DNA of 63,987 nucleotides, the filler included, from Licmophora abbreviata (taxonomy: Eukaryota): NCBI GenBank assembly GCA_900291995.1. It is 17 parts of 17 records of this genome, joined end to end, with 100 filler letters (N's around TTAATTAATTAA, not from the genome) between each part and the next. Parts side by side here need not be neighbours in the genome. Positions count along the whole stretch, not along the records: positions 1 to 2,213 come from OLMU01005196.1; positions 2,314 to 4,274 come from OLMU01005197.1; positions 4,375 to 5,851 come from OLMU01005199.1; positions 5,952 to 8,780 come from OLMU01005200.1; positions 8,881 to 19,064 come from OLMU01005201.1; 12 more parts are not named here. One strand, written 5' to 3'. Positions 1 through 12,143 of the stretch are shown here, one piece after another. The translations under genes were made by a program, and so were the position numbers. The notes beneath the pieces were generated by a model. The model was not told where the DNA came from, did not search any database, and saw only the letters and a list, made by a program, of their open reading frames with translations. Within the stretch, counting starts at the first letter, position 1; each line of letters begins with the position of its first letter.

Positions 1-1122
1 AGTGGTTCCTTCCGTGGGGGGTCCGCCTGCGGAGGGAGACTTCGCTTCTACCACGAAGATCTCAAGGAGCTCTTCCCGCACAAAGCAATGCATGGAATTC
101 AGCTTCTGGTCGTCCTCTGGAGTGGCAAGTCTCGTGGGGAACGGCTTGGGCCTTCGTTCAGCTTTGACATGGTCACCAGAAGGCGGTGGACTGCTTGAAG
201 CTGCAAGTCCGAGAAGAATGGACGCGGCGTCCTGCATTCGAGACTTGTCCACAGCTCGAGGACGGGCCTTGGCCTTGGTGGACGGCTTCGCTTTCCGAGG
301 CTTTTCATTGCTCGCTACCGACTTGATTTTCGTCTCGGCGACGTTTTCTACCCCAACCTCTTGGAGCAGAGGGATCCGAGGGACAGGCGTTGGTCGATAT
401 TGGGCTGGAGGGAGGCGAGGGGGTGACTTGACCACTACGCCCCCGGCTCCGACTTCAGGAGCAAGGATCGGATCCGATGCAGACCGAGGGGAGTGAGTGC
501 TGAGCGAGGCGCGGTTGGTCATTGGCCCCGGCCCGCTCATGGGATGAGGCATCCGGGACATGCCAGAAGCTGGTAGCGGCCCACCCACCAGTCTTGGGTC
601 ACCCATGTGCATGGCACCCAGAGATGCGGAGACCGGCGGGGCTGCGTGCGGGCCAGACATGGGACCGGACATAGGCCCAGACATGGGAGGAGGCTGCGAC
701 ATCAGGTGGGGTCTTCCCGGAATGTGTGCTGGCATGGTGCGTCCCATGGGAGGATATTGCTGAGAAGGATGTCGCATGGGGGTGGCACCAAAAGGAGGGC
801 CTTCCCCAAATGATTGGTGGTTCCGGTCAATCATCTGCATTGCAGGCCCGCGAAACCCATCGGGGACTGGCCCGGAAGGACCGTGATGCGGCATCATGCG
901 ATGCATTGGGTATTCAGGGGGTCCTGGTGCCGGACCATGACGGAATGGGTGCCCCATCGGAGGAGGAGGACCATGTGGCACGAACGAACGTGGTGGCGGT
1001 TGGTTTGGATTGCCGAAAGTCATTGCAGAACGAGGATGTGGTGGATGATGATATCCAACAGAATTGCTCCTCATCGATTCCGGCTGCTGTTGCTGCGAGT
1101 TTCCCGTCCACATCGGCGCCAT
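1..1122 (-). CDS. Pro/Met-rich protein with diatom-type 'LATPEDDQKLNSMHCFVREELLEIF' domain (3' end runs off window)
   Basis: Manual translation from ATG at 1122 is open to position 1 (MAPMWTGNSQQQQ...); absent from the ORF track because there is no stop. A low-complexity N-terminus precedes a motif typical of an expanded, uncharacterised diatom family. Confidence 0.7.
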   Translation of the reverse strand, partial: MAPMWTGNSQQQQPESMRSNSVGYHHPPHPRSAMTFGNPNQPPPRSFVPHGPPPPMGHPFRHGPAPGPPEYPMHRMMPHHGPSGPVPDGFRGPAMQMIDRNHQSFGEGPPFGATPMRHPSQQYPPMGRTMPAHIPGRPHLMSQPPPMSGPMSGPMSGPHAAPPVSASLGAMHMGDPRLVGGPLPASGMSRMPHPMSGPGPMTNRASLSTHSPRSASDPILAPEVGAGGVVVKSPPRLPPAQYRPTPVPRIPLLQEVGVENVAETKIKSVASNEKPRKAKPSTKAKARPRAVDKSRMQDAASILLGLAASSSPPPSGDHVKAERRPKPFPTRLATPEDDQKLNSMHCFVREELLEIFVVEAKSPSAGGPPTEGTT

Positions 1123-2213
1123 GATTGATTGTTGTCTCTTTCGATGGCAAAGAGGGATTCAACGACGAAGAGAGATGAGAGGATAGGTATCAGGAGGACC
1201 ACAAGTTCAATGGTTTGACTCTTGCAAGGCATGATTCGCCGGTCGTTGTCGCTGTTTCGTAAACTGCGTTGCGCGACTCGTGAAATCTCAACGATGCGAG
1301 TCTTTTCACTTATCACAAGAAAAATTCAACGGATGATGCTATACAAGTATAGACGATTTTATCTACAATCATTATAGGACTCGGGTACACAGCTCTCATT
1401 TGAATTTCGATAGTGAACTTGTATATTTGTATTAGAGGATGAAGTTTGTTTCGCGACTCACTCTACAGATCGTCATGCGTGTTTGACCCAGGGTGATAAG
1501 CATTGAAGTTTTGACTAGTCTTCTTCGGGAGTAGGAGTCTACGTTAAAATCTGGTATCAAACCTGCCTCTCCCGTGCGGGGATTTATACGTCCCATGTGC
1601 CTGCCCAGACAACGGACATTGTCTACCAGGATCTGTAGGTAGGTTCTACGAGTGTGCAGGAATCAAACGTTGGTCAAAATTGTGGTCAGACGGAAGGTGA
1701 CAATGCGCACGTAGAAATCAGTACAAGTGTACGTGATCACTGCCGGCGAGTCTTGATCGAATTTTCTCACACGATACGAACCGTGGATTTTGCTTTCGTT
1801 GGCAACACTGTACTTCGACCAGTTCTGATTCAGGACCAACGGAGTCGTTGCCAACGAATGTTCAGACTCGCCCCTTGCACATACACCTCGACCTTTCTCA
1901 ACTCCGAATGCGTTGAGGAGTTCGACGATTGTCTTATGGCTATTGGCGACCAGGCGCTGGTGTTAGGTTCGGTGTTTGAGAAGTTTAGGCCGTAGGGTTA
2001 CCTGCCAGGGTTAAATCACGTAGCTCTTTCGCCCGCACCGGCCACGAGCATACAAAGTACTCGAGCACGTTTCGACAAACAAGATGGGTGCTCTTGGCTT
2101 TCTGGTACTAGTAGTCTAGCTTTCCCTCCTCGACCGTCTTCATCTCGGCAGTTCTTCTTGTCTCTCTAGCTAGTAGTAACTTCTGGTAGCTATCATACTC
2201 CCCTCTACTACGA

Positions 2214-2313
2214 NNNNNNNNNNNNNNNNNNNNNNNNNNNNNNNNNNNNNNNNNNNNTTAATTAATTAANNNNNNNNNNNNNNNNNNNNNNNNNNNNNNN
2301 NNNNNNNNNNNNN
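2214..2313. other. Artificial contig linker (N-run + TTAATTAATTAA + N-run)
   Basis: Identical 100-nt linker with stops in all frames, recurring at about 4275, 5852, 8781, 19065, 21551, 26712, 29959, 31323, 33555, 34967, 39493, 45290, 52274, 57509 and 62098. Confidence 0.98.
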
Positions 2314-2728
2314 AAGTATGAGCAAAAACCAGATCACGGTGCACGACTTGACTTTTGAGTACTTAGTACTAGTTGTCTTCTCAGAAACACCATAGTTGAT
2401 TTGTCTCTTGGTCTGCCAGTCAATGATAAAGAGGGCAGGAACGCACGGCGATTTGAAAATGCTTCGGTTCGAGCTCTTCTTGATGAGCTGGACGGGAAAG
2501 ATACGAAGAATCCTCCACGTATCCATTAGTACATTCTCTACGACAAGTTGAACAGCAACTAGTGATTCCTCCTCCGGGTTTCTAACAGTTTGGAAGAAAC
2601 TCGCCCCCCTCCCAAGTACGCAAGTGAACTTGTCGTACAATTTGTATGGCATTCTACTGGTGTAGAGCGTCGTTGCGTTCTACCAGTTTGCTTCTACCGA
2701 GGTCAATATCTGAGGAGAACCAAGCACC

Positions 2729-3701
2729 ATGAAGCTCCTGTCCGTTCTTGCTGCTCTCGTGGCCGCCGGCTCTGCCGCTGCCTTCGCCCCGGTGCCTATG
2801 AGCACTCGGGCAGTAACCTCGACGAAGATGGCTGCTTCGGACGAATATTACATTGACGAGGAACGTCGATTTTTGATGAACCTCATCCTGGTTGGCTCTG
2901 CGGCCGTGACTGTCGGAGGACTTGCTGTTCCGTACATTGCCTTCTTCGTCCCCCCTGGTAGTGGAGGTGGATCCGGTGGAATTCCGGCTAAGGATGCGTT
3001 GGGTAACGATATCCTTGCCAAGGCATACCTCGACTCGAAACCCGTCGGTGACCGCTCGCTCGCCCAAGGCCTCAAGGGAGATGCCACGTGAGTAACATTT
3101 CACGTGCACTTGGTACTGAGAACGCGTAGCTGAACGGAATCTTCCGCGGAAGGCATTTCATGACCCAAACTTTTTGTCCTTGCGTTTTCGCTCACATCTT
3201 CACTCTTCCTCGTCTCTGTTGTATTTAACAGCTACCTGATCGTCAAGGAGGACAAGACCCTCGAATCCTATGGACTCAATGCTGGTAAGTGTCAGGAGTA
3301 GAGCGCAGTTGCTTTCATACAGCAGTCTAGTTTCGTCGTCAGTGGGCACCCTTGCTCATTTTCTATGCTTGCTCTTGTTTTGCTAGTCTGCACCCACTTG
3401 GGATGTGTTGTGCCATGGTCTGCCGCCAACAACAAGTTCATGTGCCCTTGTCATGGATCTCAGGTATGTACGACGAGGAAAAATGGGGTAGCAGCTTGGC
3501 TACCTACGATTTATTGTGCGCTCAAAACTTTTTCGTGTTTCTTCTCATCAGTACTCCCCGGATGGAGCTGTCGTCCGTGGACCGGCCCCGCTTCCTCTTG
3601 CTTTGGCTCACTGCGATGTCGAAGATGACAGTGGGAAGATTCTTTTCAGCCCGTGGACTGAATTGGACTTCCGTACTAATGCCAAGGGATGGTGGAACTA
3701 A
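2729..3701 (+). CDS. petC: Cytochrome b6f Rieske iron-sulfur subunit, plastid-targeted
   Basis: Exons 2729-3087, 3232-3284, 3387-3463 and 3552-3701 (GT-AG). Rieske motifs CTHLGC and CPCHGS, plus GLKGDATY and GPAPLPL. Signal peptide ends AAA-FAP. Confidence 0.97.
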
Positions 3702-4238
3702 GTTGTTATAGCTGCTTCCATCTTGGTTGGCTAAGAGGTAGGATAGATGTTGCTAACGTAACCATATCGCACTCTCTTTGTTCATGTAAAGCAACTCTGG
3801 AATGGACATCAGCTTTACTAGGACAGGATTTCCACATGGCGTGTGTTTTTCTTTTAAGTTTTGTCCTAGCCGGCACTCGTTTCGGTACGCACGAACAAGC
3901 CTTGGCACCGAACCATACTCGCGACAGGGAAACATTTTCATTGTTGGTGTATGCTGCTTCCCTTCCTCTTTCACCAAAAGCTGATGCCTGTTCAGATAGT
4001 AACCCTCGATTGTCGGGAATCATGCGCGTGAGGGCACACATAATTATTTTCCTATTTCTTGACGGGATCCCCTTTTTCATTCAATCCACTTCATCACAAA
4101 CTTCTCATAGCATAGAGGAGACAGATAAACGACGAAAGAAGGCGATGCTATAAAGTCTTATGGCTGCCAACATCGGTCATCATGTCTGCGTCGCACGAAG
4201 TTTGTCCGCGCTCGAAGTCCATTGAGCGCACTCATCAC

Positions 4239-4268
4239 ACCCAACCCAACCCAACCCAACCCAACCCA
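4239..4268 (+). repeat. (CCAAC)n microsatellite at contig end
   Basis: About 6 copies of CCAAC just before the gap. Confidence 0.85.
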
Positions 4269-4632
4269 CAACATNNNNNNNNNNNNNNNNNNNNNNNNNN
4301 NNNNNNNNNNNNNNNNNNTTAATTAATTAANNNNNNNNNNNNNNNNNNNNNNNNNNNNNNNNNNNNNNNNNNNNAAGAACTGGATACGATTCTTTCGTAC
4401 ATTAACTCGAGATGGCAAAGTATGACCTGAGCAGTTATACCAATATCGAGAAATCAACACTGCGAATTGGGTCGTCTCTCATACGACATTAGCAAGAAAC
4501 ATTGGATAGTCTAGACTACTTTCGTACGAGTAATCTACAGTTGTCTAATGATATCATGTCTTCGACCGCCGGTACTGTTGGTACATATCATTAGTACCTA
4601 CTCGTACGAGGTATAGCAGTGCGAAGATCGAA

Positions 4633-5811
4633 ATGTTTAGCGCGCGCAGCTCTCCTCGAAAACAAAAAACAGAGATGCGACGTCGGTGCTCTTCATTCTC
4701 CGCCGTTAGAGCAGAGAGAGACGAGGACTCGATCCTCACTGCTGCCATGACTGCGATACGCTTCTTCTCTATCGTCCGTGTGACATTGATGACGATTGGA
4801 GCATTGACCGTAGTAAGATTGAGTGTTCGCATCTTCTTTTCAGACTTTTCATCGTCATCGGGAACACTCGCCGCCGGTCAGCAAGTAGTAGTCAATGCAA
4901 AGACACGCCGCGTGGGCTCGGACGCTTCGTCGTCCCAAGAACACATTCTACTACCAAAATCATACAACTCGGCCGTCAAAGTCTTCTTCCTCGTCGGGCT
5001 GGAAGGAACGGGCCATCACATGTATTCCGACCTGGTGTCGGAAGCCCCAGCGGGTAGGGTGCTAAACGAAACACGGTCGATCTTGACGGAGCTACACAAT
5101 CTTTTGTATCGACGAGATGTAAATCGTACGAAAGCGCTGTGGACTGCCACATGCCAACGAGGTGATGATCGGAGGCCTAGAGTGACGACAATTATGGACA
5201 AGATTGTCAAGACGCTACGTAGACTCGATGACAGGTTCGTTTCGCAAGACCGAACAGTCAATTTTCACCTGAATGGGATACACGATGTGGGTTCCGGAGC
5301 TTTTTCTTATCCGAACAACAGATTACCTTGTCCAGGATTGAGCTATCCTCATTTGGAGTTATGGTACGAGGCCTGTGATAGGGCCCAAGTGGACTGTCAA
5401 CACATGTACATCTACCGAGATCCGTACAGCGTCGTCAAGTCTACTGTTATCAATCGTGTCTTCCACCGCCATGTTCTGGAAGCAATAGAGGTTTACACCA
5501 ACATGTTGCAGGTCATACACTTTCAGCTATCGAACTTGCCGTCACGCATATTTGCCTGCTGGGACTACGACAAGGCTCCCAGCGACAATCCTCGTTTGCG
5601 TCAAGCTCTCATGTTCCAAAACCAGGTACGGTTTGAGAAAGCCTCCTCCGAGGTGTACAAGCCCAGAGATCCCCTGACGGAGGAAGAGCGGCTGGAAGTC
5701 GTATCGCCTGAGTTGCAACCGTATATGGATTCCATGGTGATAGCGCACCAACAAGTCGTGGATTTGTGTCATCGTCAGGTGGACGAGCTGGGCATTGTTG
5801 ACGAAACATGA
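4633..5811 (+). CDS. Type II membrane protein, putative sulfotransferase-like P-loop fold
   Basis: 392-aa ORF (true start possibly 4747). N-terminal hydrophobic anchor; FFLVGLEGTGHH and YIYRDPYSVVKS resemble the 5'-PSB and 3'-PB sulfotransferase motifs. Confidence 0.55.
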   Translation: MFSARSSPRKQKTEMRRRCSSFSAVRAERDEDSILTAAMTAIRFFSIVRVTLMTIGALTVVRLSVRIFFSDFSSSSGTLAAGQQVVVNAKTRRVGSDASSSQEHILLPKSYNSAVKVFFLVGLEGTGHHMYSDLVSEAPAGRVLNETRSILTELHNLLYRRDVNRTKALWTATCQRGDDRRPRVTTIMDKIVKTLRRLDDRFVSQDRTVNFHLNGIHDVGSGAFSYPNNRLPCPGLSYPHLELWYEACDRAQVDCQHMYIYRDPYSVVKSTVINRVFHRHVLEAIEVYTNMLQVIHFQLSNLPSRIFACWDYDKAPSDNPRLRQALMFQNQVRFEKASSEVYKPRDPLTEEERLEVVSPELQPYMDSMVIAHQQVVDLCHRQVDELGIVDET

Positions 5812-6180
5812 ACAGTAAAACGGGAGACTATCTACGGACTATTCGTTTTTGNNNNNNNNNNNNNNNNNNNNNNNNNNNNNNNNNNNNNNNNNNNNTTAAT
5901 TAATTAANNNNNNNNNNNNNNNNNNNNNNNNNNNNNNNNNNNNNNNNNNNNCCCGCAGAGTCTGCGGGCTTAATAGAATCTATCTGTCAGACCGCAGAAA
6001 ATAGGCAATCCGAGTGACGAACAGGTTGTCACTGAATTTCAAGCTGCCCAAGCCGGATTCAGTCGAGCGTTTGGATCTGGCGAGACATCAATAGGCACTG
6101 TATCGTCAAAACGGTACCCTTCTATTCGCCAGGCTGGTGTCTGCCCATATGGTAGGATCTGAGTGAGCTGTGAAGTCTGA

Positions 6181-6550
6181 TTATTGAAAGTCGCCGCCGC
6201 ACTGGAAGTATTGACGAAGCTGTTCCATGAGGAGCAAGATGGCCTCGCTTTGACTGCATTGATATTCGACTGGAACGTCGTCAGCGCCTTGGGCATTCTC
6301 GCCAGTAGAACTGTACCAAAAGTATGAGAGACTTGCCCGCGAGTCGGCGGTCGTAGTAATAGAGCTCATACTGGAGAAGCTGGTGTCGTCTCGCATATCC
6401 ACATCGAACGGATCAAATCCGTAGTCGCTATCTTCATCGCCGTCGTCCCAGTTCTCAAAATCCAGCCCCAAAGGAACCAGTAGTTCCTTTTTTCTGTAGC
6501 CTACCTCCATTGTTTCTGATATGTGTGGGGTAGTATCTTCTGGCCTCATG
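6181..6550 (-). CDS. Possible small acidic hypothetical protein
   Basis: Open frame with D/E/S-rich composition; no recognisable motif. Confidence 0.3.
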
Positions 6551-6818
6551 AACTCAATTGACAAGATGATTCATTCACATGGACAGGCGTCACACGACGT
6601 TGTGACTGAGACCCTTGGGATGAGTTTGAAGTTGTTGTGAGAGTTTGTGAGCGAGCACCGCCGCGCGCGAGTGGATGACACCTTTGTAACTACGATAAAT
6701 ATGTAAATGATTTTCTTTCTGAACTAATGAATACGAAAAAGGCATCCTGGTCATTGGTCCGCCGAGATGTGCGCCGCCGGCGATGATGATGCCCTCACAA
6801 TGATCGAGGCGCCTCACC

Positions 6819-8471
6819 ATGACGAGATTCTTGGAAGTCGTCCTTCCTGTCGCCGCAGTACTGTCCGCTGCTGCTCTTCTGCTGGTCTGTCTGTGGATCT
6901 TGTCATGTCGTCTGCTTCATCACTTTCGACGGCAGAAAGCTCCTGCAACGCAAGATTCATCGTCGCCCACGATCGTCGTAGTGGCCTTCTTTCATCCGCA
7001 CTGCTCGGCCGGTGGAGGAGGCGAGCGTGTCTTGTGGAAGGCAGTTCAGGTTCTGGGGGAGATGCACGAGGGTGGGGAGTGTGCTCTTGAGGTCGTCATT
7101 TATACCATTGATAAGGAGCAGAAGAGATATAAACAAGGTACTGTATGAGGAACAGACTTGCGTGGACCCACTGGCGTCAACGAATCGACTGTACGGCTCA
7201 CTCCATCATTTTCCCCTTTCTTTCTTGGCTTCAGACGTGCTTCGACATGTTCAGTCACGCTTTTCCGTTGCACTGTCAGAAAAACTGCCTCTCTCCTTTG
7301 TTCATCTCGACCGCTACGCACATTTCTTAGGTACGGCAAGTAGTACGAGAGTCCCTCCTCGTGTTCTTGTCGCTCGTGACTCACGAACTCACCTCTCATG
7401 TATCTCTCTCCACTCCCAGAACCGTGTCGGAGATTTTCATTGCTGGGTGAATCCTGGGGGACCATGAAACTTGTATACAAGGCCTTGGAACGAACCACTC
7501 CTCACGTCTTTTTCGATACGACCGGCTGTGCCTTTACGTACTTTGTGGCCCGCGTGTTAGCGGGATGTCGCGTCGCAGCTTACGTTCACTATCCAACCAT
7601 CAGTACCGACATGTTATCGTTGGTGTGGGAACGAAGACCGTCTTACAATCATGATCCAGATATCGCTAGGAGTCTGCCAACGACCGTCATCAAGCTCGTG
7701 TACTATTCGGTCTTCGCCATTGCATACGGCTGTGTGGGCAGTCTGGCCAATCTGGTCCTGGTGAACTCATCGTGGACATACGGGCATATATCTTTCCTAT
7801 GGAGAGGGGCCTCGCGGAGAACAAAGATTGTATTTCCACCGTGCGATGTGGCGGGCCTCGTGGATATTCCTGTGTCTGCGAATCGACAACGAATTGTCCT
7901 TTCGATCGGCCAGTTTAGACCCGAGAAGGATCATGAGTTACAGATTCGTGCCTTTGCTAGACTCTTGGAGAATCACGTGGAGATGCGCGATGCGAAACTT
8001 GTCCTTGTCGGGAGCTGCCGGGGCGAAGAGGATGGAAACCGAGTCGAGACATATAGATTACTCGTAGAAAGACTGGGAATTGCCAAGAATGTGTCTTTTG
8101 TGCTCAACGAACCATCCTCCGTTGTGAAAGAATGGCTCGGTCGAGCCAGTGTCGGCCTTCATACTATGTGGAATGAGCATTTTGGAATAGGAGTGGTAGA
8201 AATGATGGCGGCGGGCATGTTGGTTGTTGCGCACGATTCTGGTGGTCCGAAAATGGACATTCTGCTTCCAATGGGTGGACACCGGACGGGTTTCCTTGCG
8301 AGTTCAATCGACGGATACGGAGATGCCATGCATAAGGCTCTGTGCATGAACTATTCTGAGACGATTGGCTTGCGAGAGAAGGCTCGGGCGTCTGCGTTGC
8401 GATTCTCTGACGAAGTATTCTCGTCGTCATTCAGAAAAGCTGTATTGGAGAGTGGCTTGCTTACTATGTAG
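6819..8471 (+). CDS. ALG11: GDP-Man:Man3GlcNAc2-PP-Dol alpha-1,2-mannosyltransferase
   Basis: Exons about 6819-7137, 7235-7330 and 7420-8471. Motifs FFHPHCSAGGGGERVLW, YVHYPTISTDM, GQFRPEKDH and HTMWNEHFGIGVVE. Confidence 0.95.
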
Positions 8472-8630
8472 ATAGTAATGCACGTGTCTCGAAAGATATG
8501 CTAATGATAATAATAGTAGTAATAATAGGCTTGACAGTTCTTTCAGCAAGTCTCCAAAAAAGCAGTCGTAAATACACAACGGGAAGTTAGTCGTAAAAGC
8601 AGTCGCAAGCGGCAGGGAGATTTCAGGTCA

Positions 8631-9141
8631 CTATGGGTAACCCTCTGCATGCTCATCTTCCATCTCCGTGTCCGCGAGAGCGTGGAGCGCGTCGTTATCC
8701 GCCGATCCACGCCTGCTCCCGGACTTGCGCCGTTGATTAAAGGCCTCAATGTATTCCGGGTTGACACTCGAGTCAGCAAGNNNNNNNNNNNNNNNNNNNN
8801 NNNNNNNNNNNNNNNNNNNNNNNNTTAATTAATTAANNNNNNNNNNNNNNNNNNNNNNNNNNNNNNNNNNNNNNNNNNNNATGGCTCCAATGAGGACGGC
8901 TGCCCATGGCTCAACAACGCCACATCCACCAGTAATAGCCACCAGGCCGAGCAGCGCGCCATTCATTGCGAATTTCAGATCAAAGAAGGGCTCGCCAGTC
9001 ATGCGCTCCTGGATGATCATGTTGAAAAAGAGGGCGACGACACCCGCCGTGCCGCCAGAGAGCGTAGTGTTGGTTGCAGCCAAGGCTGAGACGTCTCCTT
9101 TTGCACTGTCGCTGATTTCCAGCGTGAGGGCTGATCCTGCA

Positions 9142-9173
<32 letters not shown>

Positions 9174-10099
9174 AACTCCAAGCATCTGGAGGGCAATCGA
9201 GTGGCCTGGGAATTCTCGGGGTGTGTCAAGGGGCTTGCCATCGTCATCATGGAAGCGGCCTCGACGAGGGCCGAGAATCTTGGCGGCTATCAGGGCCGTG
9301 ACACCTCCAGTGAGATGGACTACTCCCGTTCCAGCAAAGTCAATGACGCCAGCTGGTGTAAGCAACGAAGCAAAGGGCGGGTATGAGATATAATATGGAC
9401 GCGCTGAGTGCAAGACAGCTAGATACATGGTACGTACTGCCCCAGAGTGGATCCTCTGAAAATGGGCTCAAGAACCCTTTGGGATTCCAGATGCTATGAA
9501 CCACGACCGGATAAACGAATCCAACCAGCTGAAAGGAAAGATACAAACGAAAAGGATAGATCGATGAATGGCATGGTCGATCAACTGAGCGAGTCCCAAG
9601 CACTCACACATGCACGTACCATGCAAGAATAGCAGAGGTACGCCGCCATCTGACAACGCTCCGCGAGCGTTCCGGCGACGATGGTGGCCGAGGCTGCCGA
9701 GAAGGCATACTGGAATAGCCAAAAGGCGTAGTTCTCCTCGTTCATGAGGAAGAAGTTTGCATTTCCAATGAACCTAGTTCCTCCACCGTTCTTGGAGGCA
9801 TCTCCGAAAGCAAAGGCGTATCCAACGGCCCAGAAGCTAACGGAGGCTCCGCAGGCATCGAGCAAGTTCTTCAGCATGGTGTTTCCCACGTTCTTCTTCC
9901 GCACGGCTCCAGCGCACAGCATGGCAAAGCCGCCCTGCATGAAAAAGACGAGAGCAGCCGCCAGAACGAGCAGGAAAGAGTTGCTGGGACCGGCGCTATC
10001 CCGGGTCTCGTAAATCAAGCCAGAAATACACTGCAGAAGCTCGTTGTCCGACGCATCCCCGCCCTCGGCCTCCACGCACTGTGAATAGTAGTCGCTCAT
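8631..10099 (-). CDS. AMT1: Ammonium transporter (AMT1 family), interrupted by assembly gap
   Basis: Exons 10099-9620, 9528-9438 and 9352-8881, with the tail at 8780-8631. Motifs FFMQGGFAMLCAG, FQYAFSAASATIVAG, DFAGTGVVH and LWFGWYGFN. Confidence 0.95.
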
Positions 10100-10547
10100 G
10101 GTTCAAGCTCTTGTAGGGTCTCTCTCGCTAGAACGGATGTGATATGATAGACTGCATGCAGTGGACTGAAGGATATAATTGACTGCGCTGAAATACTGCC
10201 AGCGCTCAAGGTTCAACATTTCAACATTTCTCAGCTTCCAAACGAAGATTGGCACTTTCCAATACTGCACAGGGAAGCCGTAGAAACCTCTGAGGCTTTC
10301 GTAACAGGTAAATGTACACTCTGAGTCAGTCAAGTCAGAGTGAAACATTGTAAGCAGCATTTGGTGTCGTGGCGATGTCCCACTGATCAAAAGTATGGCT
10401 ACATCATTTATGGTCGATGTCACAGAATTGTCACATCTTCAGCTCAGCTCAGCTCTCAGTGGGCGTCTGGCCGTCACTGCCTCGTGCGATTCCTAGTTTT
10501 TTTTCGTTTTTTCCTATATTTTTTTGTGTTGTCATGGGTTGTTGACC

Positions 10548-11924
10548 ATGGCGGATCCTGCGTTGAGCGCGTGTGAGACTTGCGGCTGGACTGCTGCCCT
10601 CATTTCCATCCTTGCATTTGGAAGTTTTGGGGTACCCATCAAAAGTAGAGCTGCAAGGAGCGTCAATGCGGATCCACTCGTCTTTCAAACTTACAAGTCG
10701 TTCATGTGCCTAGTCACTTCGCCTGTTGTGCTCATGCTCGGACAGCCACTCACTTTTACTCCGTGGGGGATAGTGTCAGGCCTATTTTGGGTTCCTGCGG
10801 GAGTCGCGACCATCTATGCCATCAAGGGTGAGTGAGAGTCCTTGAAGTGGCGGAACTTCCCAACAAGATCACGTGTCATATGCTGACAGTCTCTGCCTCG
10901 ACGCTCTTCTGCTACTCGTAGCGGCAGGACTTGCAGTGGCCATTGGTATCAGCTCTTCCTTTATCGTGTTGGTTTCTTTTGTGTGGGGAATTTTCATCAT
11001 GGGTGAGACAGTCAACTCCAGAATAGGGGCCTGTGTAGCGGTGTCGCTCATGATGCTGGGACTATCGGGTATGGCGTACTTTTCGTCACCGACCGTTTCC
11101 AAAAGCAATGATGAGTTTTCTGCCAAGGAAGACAGGGGCGCGCTGCATGGTTTTGGGGGGAGACATGAAAGATCCGCCAGGAAGAGGATTCCTCCTGTAT
11201 GCAGTCGATCAAAATTTGCAGAGGACTATCAAATTTCCCGCGTTCATGATGAGGAGGAACCATCGGTCCCGACAAAACCGATGGTGATCGAACCTATCGA
11301 TTCCCAGGCAACTGAAGTCATACGGATCGGGGGATGTAAGATATCTCGAAGAGCTTCAGGGATCGCGGCAGCAATGTTCAATGGGATTTGGGGCGGGAGC
11401 ATCATGGTGCCAATGAAGTGGTCATCGTGAGTTCGTTGCGCTAGTTCTGTCTAGAGAGGCATACCTTCGACCTATCTGACCCTTTCTGCTCGCATCTTTT
11501 CCTCAGTGGCAATACCAGTGGGATGGGATATGCAATAAGCTTTGCCATTGGCGCATGGACAGTAACGGTGCTTCTCTGGTTGTTTCGGTATGTATTTCTT
11601 CTTTCTGAGACAGGGTCATTCGCCCGGGCTTACGAGCGACTTCCGTCACTTCACATTCGCGTCCTATGGTTGGCTGGAGGAGCGTCAGGCACCCTGTGGA
11701 GCATTGGCAACATTTTTTCAATGATATCGGTGCAGCATCTTGGCGAAGGTGTCGGATACAGCGTCTGCCAAGCGGCAATGCTGATAAGCGGACTGTTCGG
11801 GATATTCTGCTTTTCGGAAATAACAGGTTATGAAAGGATACTAAGGTGGTTCGCCTCTGCACTGCTAACAGTGTGCGGTATCCTGATGCTCAGTTATGAA
11901 CATCATGCTGGTTCTAAACGATAA
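10548..11924 (+). CDS. TMEM144-like DMT-superfamily membrane transporter, copy 1 (2 introns)
   Basis: Motifs AFGSFGVPIK, DPLVFQ, SGLFWVP, GGSIMVPM and SGTLWSIGN...LGEGVGY; about 10 TM segments. Confidence 0.85.
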
Positions 11925-12143
11925 CTCCTTCGTGTACACAAAGGTAGCAAAGGGCTGCGTCTCCAGTTTCGATGTACTATGAAAATTTTAAAATTTTGAC
12001 TCTGTCGTCGTTGTGGTCTGTACGCCCCCCGTCTCTAGCCCCTAATCACGTGTGACATTCTTCTTCGGATGGAATGCGACATGAATGCGACAGACATGGC
12101 GAGATGTCAAACTCTTCGCCATGCGCCGCGGTCTTCAATCACC

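Noticed and set aside
2214..2313. Recurrent TTAATTAATTAA as a biological motif, and ORFs ending in X...LIN
   Set aside because: Always centred in fixed-length N-runs; an artificial all-frame stop linker.
1300..2700. Short ORFs upstream of petC
   Set aside because: No recognisable motifs or codon signal; treated as intergenic.
4239..4268. Telomere
   Set aside because: Short 5-mer CCAAC repeat, not the TTAGGG type, and internal to the scaffold.
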